Shown: positions 30,316 to 40,633, numbered from the stretch's first letter. The stretch: 64,000 nt of DNA from Dehalococcoidia bacterium (GCA_965197585.1 OZ240215.1:2752001-2816000), one strand, 5' to 3'. Notes: generated by a model not told the origin, from the sequence alone. Translations and numbers: made by a program.

Positions 30316-31199
30316 GGTTCATAGGAAACATAGCACTGGCTCTTTTGCTGTCGGGGTTGTTGGTGTCAGGATTGGCTTGCGGAGGTGAAGAGAGTGAATC
30401 TGCAGCCCTGGTGAAGAGCCGTCCTTCTCCAAGGGGCGTCTTGGATTTCATTCCATACGACATTGAGCGTACTGAAGTGTGGGATGTAAAGGGCATCCTT
30501 ACTTCAGGCATTCCTGAGCAGGAAGCGAAGGAGACTGAAGAGTATTTGCGGAACTATTACCTGGGGATGTTGGCGCCATTTCTCAACGATGTGGAAAGGA
30601 TAATCATAGCTGAAAGACACGAAGGCAAGGTGTGGATTCTGGAGGGTAACGTTGGATATGAACAAATCAGGGACGAGCTAGGAGACGAAAGATGGGAGGA
30701 GTGCCAGGGATATGATCTTTGGCTGGATGGACGCGATCCACAAAGAGCAGTTGCAGTGATAGACAACGGCGCATACGTATTACTTGGGAAAGAAGGACCT
30801 GTTAAGCATTTGCTGGGTTCTCTGAAAAACGGTCATGGATTCCTGTTGGACGACGAGAACGACGCAGTCGGGCGCACCCTTGTTAAAGCGATGGAGTGGG
30901 GCGAGGGGGGAACAGTGGTGGTATGGGACGATTGCCGTTCTGACGACTTTAGCGAATGCGAGTCTTTGGGAAACGTGGTCTCTCTGGTCACAGAGGAAGG
31001 TCAATATAAAGTTAAGCTGGTTTTTGTCCTCCTATTCCGCACAGAGTTAGCCGCTGAGGATGAGGCTTATAAGGTTGAGGAGCGCCTCCGCAAGGACTTC
31101 GAATCGGGCTCCGTTGAGGACGTATTTGTGGACGGTGAATTTGTAATAGTCAGTACGGCGGCGGACCTAGAGGAACTCTATTACCCTTATTTGCCATGA
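30312..31199 (+). CDS. Hypothetical lipoprotein
   Basis: Start at 30312 gives signal peptide and lipobox GLAC; lower GC. Confidence 0.7.
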   Translation: MRFIGNIALALLLSGLLVSGLACGGEESESAALVKSRPSPRGVLDFIPYDIERTEVWDVKGILTSGIPEQEAKETEEYLRNYYLGMLAPFLNDVERIIIAERHEGKVWILEGNVGYEQIRDELGDERWEECQGYDLWLDGRDPQRAVAVIDNGAYVLLGKEGPVKHLLGSLKNGHGFLLDDENDAVGRTLVKAMEWGEGGTVVVWDDCRSDDFSECESLGNVVSLVTEEGQYKVKLVFVLLFRTELAAEDEAYKVEERLRKDFESGSVEDVFVDGEFVIVSTAADLEELYYPYLP

Positions 31200-31292
31200 C
31201 GTTTTACATCCCTTCACTATGAAACTTGGCAATTCATAGGGTCGAAACGGATGAACGGAAAGTCATTCACGTAAGAGCGTTAAAATAGACGC

Positions 31293-32639
31293 ATGGGAAA
31301 GACCTTGGACTACCGCTCGGCCTTGAAATACCTACTGGGGCTCACCAACTACGAAAAGTCGTTGAGGGAGCTTTACTCGCCGGGGAATGTTGACCTGGAG
31401 AGGGTGAGGGAGCTGTTGAGGCGGCTCGGCTCACCGGGGTCGGGGTTGGGGATAGTTCACATCGCCGGGACGAAGGGTAAGGGAAGCACGGCGGCGATGA
31501 TCTCTTCCGTCCTGCAAAAGGCCGGGTACCGAGTCGGGCTATTCACCTCCCCCCACCTCCACACATTCAGGGAGCGGGTGCAGATAAACAGGGAGCCGAT
31601 CTCGGCGGAGGACTTTGCAGGGGCGATGGAAAAGGTAAAGCCCCACGTCGAGGAGATCAACGCTGTCGGGGCGCATGGCTACATCACGACCTTCGAGGCA
31701 TTGACGGCGATGGCGCTGGTCTACTTCGCTGAGAAACAGGTGGAAGCCCTGGTATTCGAGGTCGGGGTGGGGGGCAGGCTGGATGCCACGAATGTAGTCA
31801 CTCCTGAGGTGAGCGTCATCACGTCGATAAGCCGAGACCACACCGAGCTGCTGGGCGATACTCTGCCGGAGATAGCCGGGGAGAAGGCGGGGATAATCAA
31901 GGAGGGGGTCCCGGTGGTGGTCGCACCGCAAGTGCCGGAGGTGGAGGAGGTGATAGGCGCGATAGCGCGGGAGCGGGGCTCGGAGATGGTGAACGTGGGG
32001 CGGGAGTCGGTGTGGAGGGCGTTGGGACACGACGACCGGGGGCAAAGCCTGTTGGTACGAGATTTCGAGAATGAATACAGAATCTCGATGCCTCTTCTCG
32101 GTGACCATCAGCAGGAGAACGCCGCCACGGCTATAGCGGCTCTGGGTGTGCTTCGGAAAAAAGGTTGGCATATCTCGGACGCAGACGTGCTGGACGGGTT
32201 CGCAGACCTGCGCTGGCCGGGTCGGATGGAAGAGCTCGGGAGATGGCCACTGGTCATAGCCGACGGGGCTCACAATGGGGACTCGGCGAGGAGGCTGCGG
32301 GAGGCGCTGCTGAAGTACTTCGAGTTTGGGAAGGCGGTGCTGGTGGTGGGGGTGTCGGCGGACAAGAACGTGGAGGACATAGCCTCGGAGCTTCTGCCCC
32401 TGGCGTCGACGGTCATATTGACGAAGTCTCGGCACATGAGGGCGGCTGAGCCTGCTGCCATAGCCGACGCTTTCACCCGACCTGATATAATCGTCGAGAC
32501 CACGGGGAGTGTGAAAGAGGCGCTAGACAGGGCCAGGGAGATAGCCTTAGAGGAGGACTTGATCTGCGCCACGGGCTCGCTGTTCGTGGTGGGAGAGGCG
32601 ATAGAGGCGGTTAAGAGGGTGCCGGTGGAGACATACTGA
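31293..32639 (+). CDS. folC: Folylpolyglutamate synthase / dihydrofolate synthase
   Basis: HIAGTKGKGST, FTSPHL, EVGVGGRLDATN, DGAHN, TGSLFVVGE. Confidence 0.95.
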   Translation: MGKTLDYRSALKYLLGLTNYEKSLRELYSPGNVDLERVRELLRRLGSPGSGLGIVHIAGTKGKGSTAAMISSVLQKAGYRVGLFTSPHLHTFRERVQINREPISAEDFAGAMEKVKPHVEEINAVGAHGYITTFEALTAMALVYFAEKQVEALVFEVGVGGRLDATNVVTPEVSVITSISRDHTELLGDTLPEIAGEKAGIIKEGVPVVVAPQVPEVEEVIGAIARERGSEMVNVGRESVWRALGHDDRGQSLLVRDFENEYRISMPLLGDHQQENAATAIAALGVLRKKGWHISDADVLDGFADLRWPGRMEELGRWPLVIADGAHNGDSARRLREALLKYFEFGKAVLVVGVSADKNVEDIASELLPLASTVILTKSRHMRAAEPAAIADAFTRPDIIVETTGSVKEALDRAREIALEEDLICATGSLFVVGEAIEAVKRVPVETY

Positions 32640-32834
32640 ATGGGAAACTTTCGGAACACTTTCACCCTCACTCTCCTCAGCGAGCCTACGGCCCTAGCCC
32701 TCTCACGCCTCGGCGCATCTACGACCCATGGAGAGACCTTTGCGTAACTCCCTATGCTGGAACATATTGGTAATACGAGACATGTTATCCAATCCTGAGT
32801 CCCCCGCCCCAGATTCCTCGCGGAGCCTCGGAAT

Positions 32835-33890
32835 TGTGGATGTCAGGTAATTCGTTGACAGAATTAGGTGGATTTAAGGGTCTCCAAAGGGGTCTTTCCG
32901 TCCATTGCCTGGTGGGGTCTCTGAGTATTGTAGTAGATCAGGTATTGCTGAAGCTCGTCCTTCAGTTCCGAGACCGATTCGAAGGTTGTCCCCTCCAGCA
33001 GGTCCTCGTTCAAGGTTCTCCAGAACCGCTCTATCTTCCCGTTGGTCTGGGGCCTATAAGGGCGGGTGTAGCGGTGCTTTATGCCCAGCTCATTGAGCAT
33101 CCGTTCCATGGGGTGGCCCTCGGTGTTCCTTGGGGAGGCCATCTCGGGGCCGTTGTCGGTGAGGATGGCCTCGAATTGGATGCCGTACTCCACGTTAAGG
33201 AAATTGATGGACTTCAGAGTAGCAAACATAACGGAGAGACTCTTGATGTCTCCGACCACTTCGGCCCAGGCCAGACGGGTGTAGGCGTCGATGAGGCCCA
33301 CCAGGTAGTAGCGGTGCTTGGTGCCCACGATGGTATCCCGGCTGAGGTAGTGGCTGTCCAGGTGGCCCAGCTCTCCTGCCCGGGTCTTGATGATCTTGCG
33401 CTTCGACTGCTGCATCGGCTTTGTGAGCCTATTGAAACCGTGGCGTCTGGTGATGGCGTAGATGGTGGAGGGCTTAGGGGTGTTGTGTTTAAGGATGGGT
33501 TTGAGTATGGCATAGATCTCGTAACGGTTGGTACCGTTAAGGCGCTCGTTGATGACCTTCTGCTCAATGTAGGGCAGGGTGCGGCGGGACTTCCACCCGG
33601 GACCCCGCTTACGGGGGAGGAAGGCGTTGTCGGAGGGGGAAAGGAGGAACCGGTTGTAGTACTTGGCGAAGGTCTGACGGCTAGTGCCGTGGAAGGAGTA
33701 GAAGTCCTGGGCGAAGCGGAAACGGGGATGCTTCCCTGCCTTGACCAGTTGATACTCATGGATGAGGAACCGCCACTTCTGAATGTAGTTCCGCTCAAGG
33801 GTGAGGTCCTTGCTATTGTCTCGCATTCTCGCCTCCAGATTGGTGTTGGCCTCTTATACCAATCTGTCAACGAATTACCTAACACTTACA
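32835..33890 (-). mobile_element. IS481-family element A
   Basis: TGT..ACA termini, IR core GGTAATTCGTTGACAGA, GGAAT TSD at 32830-32834 and 33891-33895. Confidence 0.88.
32864..33826 (-). CDS. IS481-family transposase (rve integrase core)
   Basis: GHLD, LTDNGPE, PQTNGKIERFWRT, YNTQRPH. Confidence 0.9.
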   Translation of the reverse strand: MRDNSKDLTLERNYIQKWRFLIHEYQLVKAGKHPRFRFAQDFYSFHGTSRQTFAKYYNRFLLSPSDNAFLPRKRGPGWKSRRTLPYIEQKVINERLNGTNRYEIYAILKPILKHNTPKPSTIYAITRRHGFNRLTKPMQQSKRKIIKTRAGELGHLDSHYLSRDTIVGTKHRYYLVGLIDAYTRLAWAEVVGDIKSLSVMFATLKSINFLNVEYGIQFEAILTDNGPEMASPRNTEGHPMERMLNELGIKHRYTRPYRPQTNGKIERFWRTLNEDLLEGTTFESVSELKDELQQYLIYYNTQRPHQAMDGKTPLETLKST

Positions 33891-33993
33891 GGAATGACAG
33901 TTCTGCAAAGGTCCCATCGAGGGAGAGGGGACAGGACCTCCCCGTCTAGCTGGGGAGGCAGGTCGTGAAAGCGTGTAAGGGAGGCACACTCAG

Positions 33994-35283
33994 TTGACTA
34001 CGAGTCCATCGGAAGCCCAACCTCAGTTGACCGACTATAGGGACCGCCCACGGGTGGTGGTGACGGGCCTGGGGGCGGTGACGCCATTGGGGCGGACGGC
34101 TCAGGACTTCTGGAAGAACCTGGTGGACGGGGTGTCGGGGATAGGGCCGATGACGCTGTGCGACACCACGAACTATCCGACCAAGATTGCCGGGGAGATA
34201 CCGGACTTCAACCCGCGTGAGCGGCTCGACGCACGGGACGCGCGGCGGATGTCGAGGTTCAGCCAGATAGCGGTGACGGCAGGGCTTATGGCCGTTGAGG
34301 ACTCGGGGCTGAATATGGAGTCGGAGGACCCGTCGAGGCTGGGCATTGTGCTTGGCAACGGGTGCGGGGGCTTTCCAGACATCGAAGACGGGGGTCGAAT
34401 AGTCGAGACCCGGGGAGGGATGCGGCTCAGCCCCTTCTTCTTCCCGATGATCCTTCCCAACATGGCCACGTCGCAGGTGAGCCGTATACTGGGTTTGAAG
34501 GGGTTCACGAACACGGTGACAACATCGTGCGCGGCGGGGACACAAGGGGTGGGAGACGCCCTGGAGGTGCTCAGGCGGGGCTCGGCGGACGTGATGGTGG
34601 CCGGAGGCACGGAGGCGGGGATCAGCCAACTGGGGCTCGGGGGATTCAGCGTGATGAGGGCACTCTCGACCAGCAACGAGGTTCCGTCGAAGGCCAGCAG
34701 ACCCTTCGACGCGAAGAGGGACGGGTTCGTGCCGGCGGAGGGCGCGGGCATCCTGATAATGGAGACGCTGGAGCACGCTCTAGGCAGGGGTGCAAACATC
34801 CTCTGCGAGGTCACGGGCTACGGGGTCTCTTCCGACGCTTTCCACATGGTGCAACCGGACGACGAAGGTTCCGGCGCGGCCCGGGCAATGAGCTGGGCCA
34901 TCGAGGATGCCAACGTTAGGCCCGACGAGATCGACTACATCAACGCTCACGGAACCTCGACGCCGCTGAACGACTCGGTGGAGACACGTGCGATCAAGAA
35001 TGTGTTTGGGGAAGCGGCGTACAAGGTGGCGATAAGCTCTACGAAGTCGATGATCGGGCATGCGCTGGGCGGGGCGGGGGGAATGGAGTCGGTGGCGTGT
35101 GTGATGACGATAGTGGACGGGGTGATGCACCCGACGATCAACTACGAGTACCCAGACCCCGAGTGCGACCTGGACTACGTCCCCAACGAGGCGCGTCGGC
35201 AGACGGTGGGGAAGGTGCTGTCGAACAGCTTCGGGTTTGGGGGGCAGAATGCGTGTCTGGTGTTTGAGAGGTACGAGGGGTAA
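33994..35283 (+). CDS. fabF: 3-oxoacyl-ACP synthase II
   Basis: VVVTGLG, TSCAAG, INAHGTST, KSMIGH, SNSFGFGG. Confidence 0.96.
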   Translation: MTTSPSEAQPQLTDYRDRPRVVVTGLGAVTPLGRTAQDFWKNLVDGVSGIGPMTLCDTTNYPTKIAGEIPDFNPRERLDARDARRMSRFSQIAVTAGLMAVEDSGLNMESEDPSRLGIVLGNGCGGFPDIEDGGRIVETRGGMRLSPFFFPMILPNMATSQVSRILGLKGFTNTVTTSCAAGTQGVGDALEVLRRGSADVMVAGGTEAGISQLGLGGFSVMRALSTSNEVPSKASRPFDAKRDGFVPAEGAGILIMETLEHALGRGANILCEVTGYGVSSDAFHMVQPDDEGSGAARAMSWAIEDANVRPDEIDYINAHGTSTPLNDSVETRAIKNVFGEAAYKVAISSTKSMIGHALGGAGGMESVACVMTIVDGVMHPTINYEYPDPECDLDYVPNEARRQTVGKVLSNSFGFGGQNACLVFERYEG

Positions 35284-35299
35284 GACACCCTTGCCTCCC

Positions 35300-35533
35300 C
35301 CCCGCTCATACTTCGAGAGCCTCAGCACGAGCGGCCCCTGCACCCCGCTATTTCACCCTCACTCTCCTCAGCGAGCCTACGGCCCTAGCCCTCTCACGCC
35401 TCGGCGCATCTACGACCCATCGAGGGAGAGGGGATTGGACCCCGCCCATTCCGCTCTTGAGACCCCCTTCGAGAGCCTCAGGACAGGCTTCGACTAAGCT
35501 CACGCCACGGCGTATCTTCGACAGGGCGAGCGG
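35300..35533 (+). repeat. Cluster of family A and B repeats with three 21-nt modules
   Basis: Between convergent fabF and SWIM-like gene; modules at 35363, 35396, 35502. Confidence 0.75.
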
Positions 35534-35622
35534 AATACACCACCCCTTCCGTCTAAATCAATGGCAATGGCCCAAGCGTGACGCGCTTGGGCCATTTGCG
35601 TGTCGGGGGGAAGGGCGAGCGG

Positions 35623-35871
35623 TTAGCTCTTAACGTATTCGACGCGGGGGAGCATGGGGTCGAACATGCGCTCGAGGGCCATGGTGTGGCTGCACATATT
35701 CCAGGAGGTGAAAAAGCCGCAGTCGCATCGGAGGATGCCGTCGTCATAGGTGACGTTGTGGCGCTGGTGGGCGCCTCGGAAGCTAAGGCTGAAGTTGTTG
35801 AACTGCACTCTGTCGGGCTCTTCAGCGTAGGCCTTGGCCTTCTGTATCTTACCTATGAGACTTGACTGCAT
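35623..35871 (-). CDS. Small SWIM zinc-finger-like protein
   Basis: 82 aa with CDC..CSH motif; RBS GAGGAG. Confidence 0.75.
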   Translation of the reverse strand: MQSSLIGKIQKAKAYAEEPDRVQFNNFSLSFRGAHQRHNVTYDDGILRCDCGFFTSWNMCSHTMALERMFDPMLPRVEYVKS

Positions 35872-36067
35872 GTGCTCTCCTCACTGGTTCACTCTCCTGC
35901 GGACTCCCAAGGAATCTTGCGCCGGGCCCCGGGGGCCTAATTGATTTTACATATATCGTGTCTCGGAGGTCAACGAGAGGGGGTAAGAGAGTAGACTACA
36001 GAAGTACTCTCCCTATGTCATTTACAATAACTGCATGCTCAAATTTAACCTTTAGGAAGGCATTCCA

Positions 36068-36535
36068 ATGGAAATTAGTGATCTGTCTCAGAGCTTTCAA
36101 TCCATAGTCGGAGGGCTTCAAGCTCTGACTTCTTTGACACGGAAGGCGGAGCAACAAGGGGTAAGTGACGAATTCACGAAGGAATTGAATTCGACCATCA
36201 TCAATATGCAGACTGCTGTAATGGATGCGCAATCAATGACCCTAGAAGCCCAAGGCGAGCAGTCCCGTCTCATCGCGCGTGTAACGGAGCTAGAGGAAGA
36301 GTTGAAACAAAAGGTCAATTGGGAAGGAGAGAAGGCCCGATACAAGTTGACAATGTGGGGCGGCAACCATGTGTATCAGTTACGAGAAGACTTGAATCAA
36401 GATTCCGAACCGACACATTTCTTATGTCCAACTTGCTATGAAAATGGCGTCAAGTCTATCCTGCAGGCGTACTATTGGGACAATAGGCCTCATACCCGTT
36501 GCCTGAGGTGTGCCCAGGACTTTCTTGCATCATAG
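36068..36535 (+). CDS. Hypothetical coiled-coil protein with C-terminal Zn ribbon
   Basis: CPTC..CLRC; lower GC; RBS-like AGGAAGG. Confidence 0.7.
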   Translation: MEISDLSQSFQSIVGGLQALTSLTRKAEQQGVSDEFTKELNSTIINMQTAVMDAQSMTLEAQGEQSRLIARVTELEEELKQKVNWEGEKARYKLTMWGGNHVYQLREDLNQDSEPTHFLCPTCYENGVKSILQAYYWDNRPHTRCLRCAQDFLAS

Positions 36536-36620
36536 AGCACCGCGAAATTATCCGTTTCCGCAAAATTAAATGTCGTTGGCCTTATGCGCCTAACCTTCGT
36601 GCGTGAATACCCGCCTTTCC

Positions 36621-36727
36621 GGTAATACACCCCTCCAGCCATATTCATAAACTCGTCTGGGTGAGAAAACGCTATTAACTCCCGAGCCCGCTCCCTGATC
36701 GACATCCAAAGAAGCTGCACCACGTGA
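36621..36727 (-). pseudogene. Relic 3' end of a CoA-transferase gene
   Basis: VVQLLWMSIRERARELIAFSHPDEF..GVYY aligns with VAQLLGKSNRERARELISIAHPDFRAEL..GLFYP of 37683..39158. Confidence 0.7.
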
Positions 36728-36818
36728 GCGAGCACTTGGCGGTTGTTTTGCGGCTGGTTGATATAGAGGTGATAGACTGGTCGCCTAAGGGTGGCAGGGG
36801 ACGAATAAAAGGTGTGTG

Positions 36819-37107
36819 ATGATTCGGATAACGACTCGGGTCACGGACTCAGTAGCCAAGGCTCTGGGTGAGGCAGCGTCGCGGCAGGGGAGGAGCCGGG
36901 CGGACTTGGTGCGCTGAATAATCGGGCAATACTTGGAAGATTGCGACGACCTCTCGACGGCATTGCAGAGGTTGCAGGACCCGTTGGACCCGGTAGAGGA
37001 CTGGGAGGAGGTCAGGCGTACCCTTCTCCATTCGAATTGAGTGCAGTGCGGCGAAGGAACTGGATTCGGTTAGCAAGGAGAAGCGGAACCGGCTGGTGGT
37101 AGGCTAG
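36819..37107 (+). pseudogene. Decayed RHH antitoxin plus truncated RelE-like toxin
   Basis: 36819-37040 reads MIRITTRV..GRSRADLVR*IIGQYLED..DWEEVRR with internal TGA at 36915; overlapping frame 37018-37107 FSIRIECSAAKELDSVSKEKRNRL then stop. Confidence 0.65.
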
Positions 37108-37362
37108 GTGAATACAACGCGTTATTTTGATGAGCAAGTGCGCCGCAAGCGGCCCTATATTGAATTGTCGTGGTGTGCCCAAATCGTCGCCTCGCCGATC
37201 CATAGGGAAAAGCAGGAAGACGGACGCATACGTTTTTGGGGAGAGGTAAAATTACCGGACGAAACTAGTCCCCGTTATTTGCGCGTGATAACGCTAGAAG
37301 ATGGACAGACTATCCACAACGCTTTCTTCGATAGGCGTTTTCGTAAGGAGGGGCGACTATGA
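37108..37362 (+). CDS. Putative small toxin (RelE/BrnT-like fold)
   Basis: 84 aa; EDGRIRFW..RYLRVITLEDGQTIHNAFFDR; overlaps DUF2283 gene. Confidence 0.65.
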   Translation: MNTTRYFDEQVRRKRPYIELSWCAQIVASPIHREKQEDGRIRFWGEVKLPDETSPRYLRVITLEDGQTIHNAFFDRRFRKEGRL

Positions 37363-37574
37363 AGCTTCATTACTACCCGGAGACGGATAGCCTATACGTG
37401 GAGTTCAAGGTAGGGCCGGGGACGGAGACGGTGGAGGTAACGGAAGGGTTGAACGTGGACCTGGATGAGGAAGGTGTGGTGGTGGGGTTCGACATAGATC
37501 ATGCGTCCCGGCGCCTAGACCTGTCTACTCTGGAAACCACGGCGCTGCCGCTTCACAGCATGAAGGCCGGCTGA
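37359..37574 (+). CDS. DUF2283 domain protein (putative antitoxin)
   Basis: MKLHYYPETDSLYV..VDLDEEG.VVGFDI pattern. Confidence 0.8.
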   Translation: MKLHYYPETDSLYVEFKVGPGTETVEVTEGLNVDLDEEGVVVGFDIDHASRRLDLSTLETTALPLHSMKAG

Positions 37575-37682
37575 TTGCGTCGGGGGTGGCGGCCCCTCAC
37601 CGGGAATGGGTCAAACCGCAGCCAAAGTCGGACTTTCAGCACGACGCATTTGCGGCTGGCTCGGGATCCGGAATGCCGCGGA

Positions 37683-39158
37683 TTAAGGGTAAAACAACCC
37701 TTCCGCGGCCTTCGTCAGCTCCGCCCGGAAATCCGGATGGGCAATCGAGATTAGCTCCCTAGCGCGTTCGCGGTTGGACTTGCCGAGGAGTTGGGCGACG
37801 CCGTACTCGGTGATGATGGTGTCGGCGAAGGTGCGGGGGACGCTGACAATGGTGCCTTCCTCGTGCTGGGGCACGATTCTCGATGCTATGCCGCCCAGGG
37901 CCGTAGACCTGAGCAGGGTGATGCCTCGGCCACCCCTGGACATCACCGCTCCCATCTGGAAGTCGAACTGACCGCCGGTGCCGCTCATCAGGCGACCCCC
38001 GAAGACGGTCTCGGCGTTGATCTGGCCGGTAAGGTCGACGGAAAGAGCGTTGTTTATGGAGACCATATTGTCATTGAGGGCGGCGGTTGTGGCTTTAGCG
38101 ACGTAGTCGACGTCAAGCTGCTCGATGAGGGGGTTTTCGTGGGCGTAGTCGAGCTCCTTGTAGGTGGACCCGAGCAGCGCCCCGAATATGGCCTTGTCCT
38201 TGTGCAGAGTTTTGCGGGCCCCGGTGATCACACCCCGTCTGATGAGGTCGATTACTCCGGGGATTCCCATTTCGGAGTGCCAGCCCAGGTCTTTCTTGTC
38301 GTCGAAGGCGCCGACGGTGGCGAGGAAGCGGCTCGGGGTTCCAGTGCCGATCTGCAGGGTAGCGCCATCTTTCACGAGCTCCGAAACGTAGCCGGCGATT
38401 GTCTTGGCGTCCTCCGAGGGCTCGATCCAGCACTGGTAGGCCGCAAATCGCTGGATCTGCTTCACGCCTCTCGACACCAGGTGAGGGAGATGTTCGGAGC
38501 GGTCTCGTGGGTCCATATTGGGGACGAACTCGTCCAGGAGTGCATGCACTTCTTTGTCTTCCACCGAGGCCAGCAAGTCCGAAGCCTGGGCGTCGGACAG
38601 CTGGACGGCTGTGTGCTCCACGAACTTGTCTATTTCCGAGACGTGGACGTAGTTGTGCCCGTAGGTCCGTATCTGCGAACTATCTACCTGGGCAATGACC
38701 TTCTTGGACCGTCGGACGAAGCCCCGCTTGTTCCAGAGGTGCCCGCCGAAGCTGCAGTAACCGTTGGCGTCGGGGGGCGATGTGACGACCATGAACACGT
38801 CCATTGGAGGCACGTCGCCGAAGTCGGTCGAATAGCGCTGGAACTGGGTGGAGAAGATCATGGGGATGTAGTCGACGATGCGTCGGTCGAGGGCCGAGCG
38901 GCCCATCTCCCCGAGGATCTGCTCGATGGTCACGACGAAAGAGTCGCTCCAGCTTGGGTCGAACCAACCGGGGTCCTCGATTGGAGCATCGCAGGTTATC
39001 TTGATGTCTTTGAGTTCATCGCGGCGCGCGGCAAGGGCGTGGATGAGGGAGTCGGGGTGGGGGTAGATGGGGATATAGACCCGGTCGCGGGAGTCGACGA
39101 GTTGGACGGCCTCCTCGGGGGAGACGAGGTTGCGGTTATAGTGGTCTTGCCAGGTCAC
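37683..39158 (-). CDS. Acetyl-CoA hydrolase/transferase (4-hydroxybutyrate CoA-transferase-like)
   Basis: DGATLQIG, HSEMG, INNALSVDLTGQ, SGTGGQFDF, ITEYGVAQL. Confidence 0.92.
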   Translation of the reverse strand: MTWQDHYNRNLVSPEEAVQLVDSRDRVYIPIYPHPDSLIHALAARRDELKDIKITCDAPIEDPGWFDPSWSDSFVVTIEQILGEMGRSALDRRIVDYIPMIFSTQFQRYSTDFGDVPPMDVFMVVTSPPDANGYCSFGGHLWNKRGFVRRSKKVIAQVDSSQIRTYGHNYVHVSEIDKFVEHTAVQLSDAQASDLLASVEDKEVHALLDEFVPNMDPRDRSEHLPHLVSRGVKQIQRFAAYQCWIEPSEDAKTIAGYVSELVKDGATLQIGTGTPSRFLATVGAFDDKKDLGWHSEMGIPGVIDLIRRGVITGARKTLHKDKAIFGALLGSTYKELDYAHENPLIEQLDVDYVAKATTAALNDNMVSINNALSVDLTGQINAETVFGGRLMSGTGGQFDFQMGAVMSRGGRGITLLRSTALGGIASRIVPQHEEGTIVSVPRTFADTIITEYGVAQLLGKSNRERARELISIAHPDFRAELTKAAEGLFYP

Positions 39159-39336
39159 GGCTGGTTGACTTTCTTGGTGCGCCGTTTAGCTAGTCCTGTC
39201 GCATTGAGGGAGAGGGGATAGGACCCCCCGCTCATACTTCGAGTGCCTCAGCACGAGCGGCCCAAGCCCCACCATGAGAAGTTAGGCAAAGGTTACGCCT
39301 CGGCGCATCTGCGACTCATTGAGCAAGGAGGGGATG

Positions 39337-39975
39337 CTAGTAGCGGACTCGGCCGGGGAAGGTTAGGTTCCAGTAGGTGGCAGTGGGCTTTACCTCGAAG
39401 AGGTGCCAGAAGTTCTTGATGTTGTTGGGGTAGACTTCCCGCTCGAAGCGCTCCCAGTCTTCCTTGGAGTCCCAGCCCGTGACTTGGGAACCGACCCTAT
39501 CCTCCTCGGTCGAAAGGAGGACGCATACGAAGCGGTTCCCGGGGGCTGCGATCAGTGGAGCCATGACCTCTTCCCTGTAGTGCCCGGCCACCGTTTCCAC
39601 CTGCCCCTCGTGGAGCTTGAAGCGGCTGGTCCTGACGTACATAGGCGAGGGGTTGGCGAGGGAGTTTTCGTTGATCTGGATGGTGCCGGGCCACCTGGTC
39701 TCCCAGTAGTTCACCTGAAAAGGCCCATCGAAGCCGCCCTTCCAGCGGGCATAGAGGGCTGGCCGAACCACGCTCTCGAAGTGGTCGCAGTCTTCCTTGG
39801 ATTCCCAAGCGCTGACGAAGAGCCCGTTCTGTTCATCGTCGGGCGAGGTCATTACGGCGAAGAGTCGGTTGCCGGGGGCCGCTGTAATGGGGCCCATCAT
39901 CTGTTCGCGGATGCCGGATTTTAGGTCGGCGAGGCCCTCGGGGGTCAGGCGGTACCTGCTGGTGCGTACGTACAT
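39337..39975 (-). CDS. Tandem ABM-like (dimeric alpha-beta barrel) domain protein
   Basis: Two internal ~105-aa repeats, each MYVRTSR..APGNR..W(E/D)SKED. Confidence 0.7.
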   Translation of the reverse strand: MYVRTSRYRLTPEGLADLKSGIREQMMGPITAAPGNRLFAVMTSPDDEQNGLFVSAWESKEDCDHFESVVRPALYARWKGGFDGPFQVNYWETRWPGTIQINENSLANPSPMYVRTSRFKLHEGQVETVAGHYREEVMAPLIAAPGNRFVCVLLSTEEDRVGSQVTGWDSKEDWERFEREVYPNNIKNFWHLFEVKPTATYWNLTFPGRVRY

Positions 39976-39997
39976 AGCTTTCCGTCCAGTCTTTCGA

Positions 39998-40633
39998 TTA
40001 GAAGTTGGCGATCACGGGAAACTTGATGGTCCAGAAGGTGGCTACAGGCGGCTCCTCGAAGACGTGCTTTACCTTTCCGAAGACCTTCGGGAACACGTTG
40101 TTCAAGTAGTTGTCGCAGGCCTCCTTGGAGTCCCATCCCGTGACCTGGGACCCGACCCTCGCCTCATCCGCGGAGTGGAGCACGAAGAGGAAGCGGTTGC
40201 CCGGCTGTGTCATCACGGGCTTGATGACCTCCTCATCGAAGTTGTCGTGCACATGGGTGACGCCCTCGGGCTTGAACTTGAAGCGGCTGGTGCGGACGTA
40301 GCAATTCGGGCCTGCGGCTTGCAGGGGGTTGAAGACCAGTTTGCCGGGCCAGTTGATCTCCCAGAAGACCGGGACAGGGGGCTCGTCGAAGACCCACTTC
40401 CACTCTTCCCAGACTGCTGGGTAGACCTCGTTGAGGTAACGGTCGCAGGCTTCTCTGGAGTCCCAGCCGGACACCTGACGAACCTCGAGAGGGTTGTCGG
40501 CGTTCATGAGGACGGCGCAGAAGCGGCCGCCGGGGCTGTCGAGTATCGGACCGGCCACGTTGGTCTGATAGCCCTTCTCGACGGAGGGAATGGACTCCGC
40601 CTTAAGTAAGGCCCGTCTATCCATAACGAACAT
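39998..40633 (-). CDS. Tandem ABM-like domain protein, paralogue
   Basis: Same two-domain pattern (PG.RF..GWDS.EACD.YLN.V). Confidence 0.7.
   Translation of the reverse strand: MFVMDRRALLKAESIPSVEKGYQTNVAGPILDSPGGRFCAVLMNADNPLEVRQVSGWDSREACDRYLNEVYPAVWEEWKWVFDEPPVPVFWEINWPGKLVFNPLQAAGPNCYVRTSRFKFKPEGVTHVHDNFDEEVIKPVMTQPGNRFLFVLHSADEARVGSQVTGWDSKEACDNYLNNVFPKVFGKVKHVFEEPPVATFWTIKFPVIANF

Larger units (their letters stand above)
32733..33915. mobile_element. MITE-like element (~122 bp without the nested IS481)
   Basis: IRs GAGACCTTTGCGTAAC / GTTCTGCAAAGGTCCC, flanked by ATGGA / ATCGA inside a family-A hairpin. Confidence 0.6.

Noticed and set aside
36819-37682. Integron cassette array of TA genes
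   Set aside because: No integrase and no recognisable attC structures between the genes.
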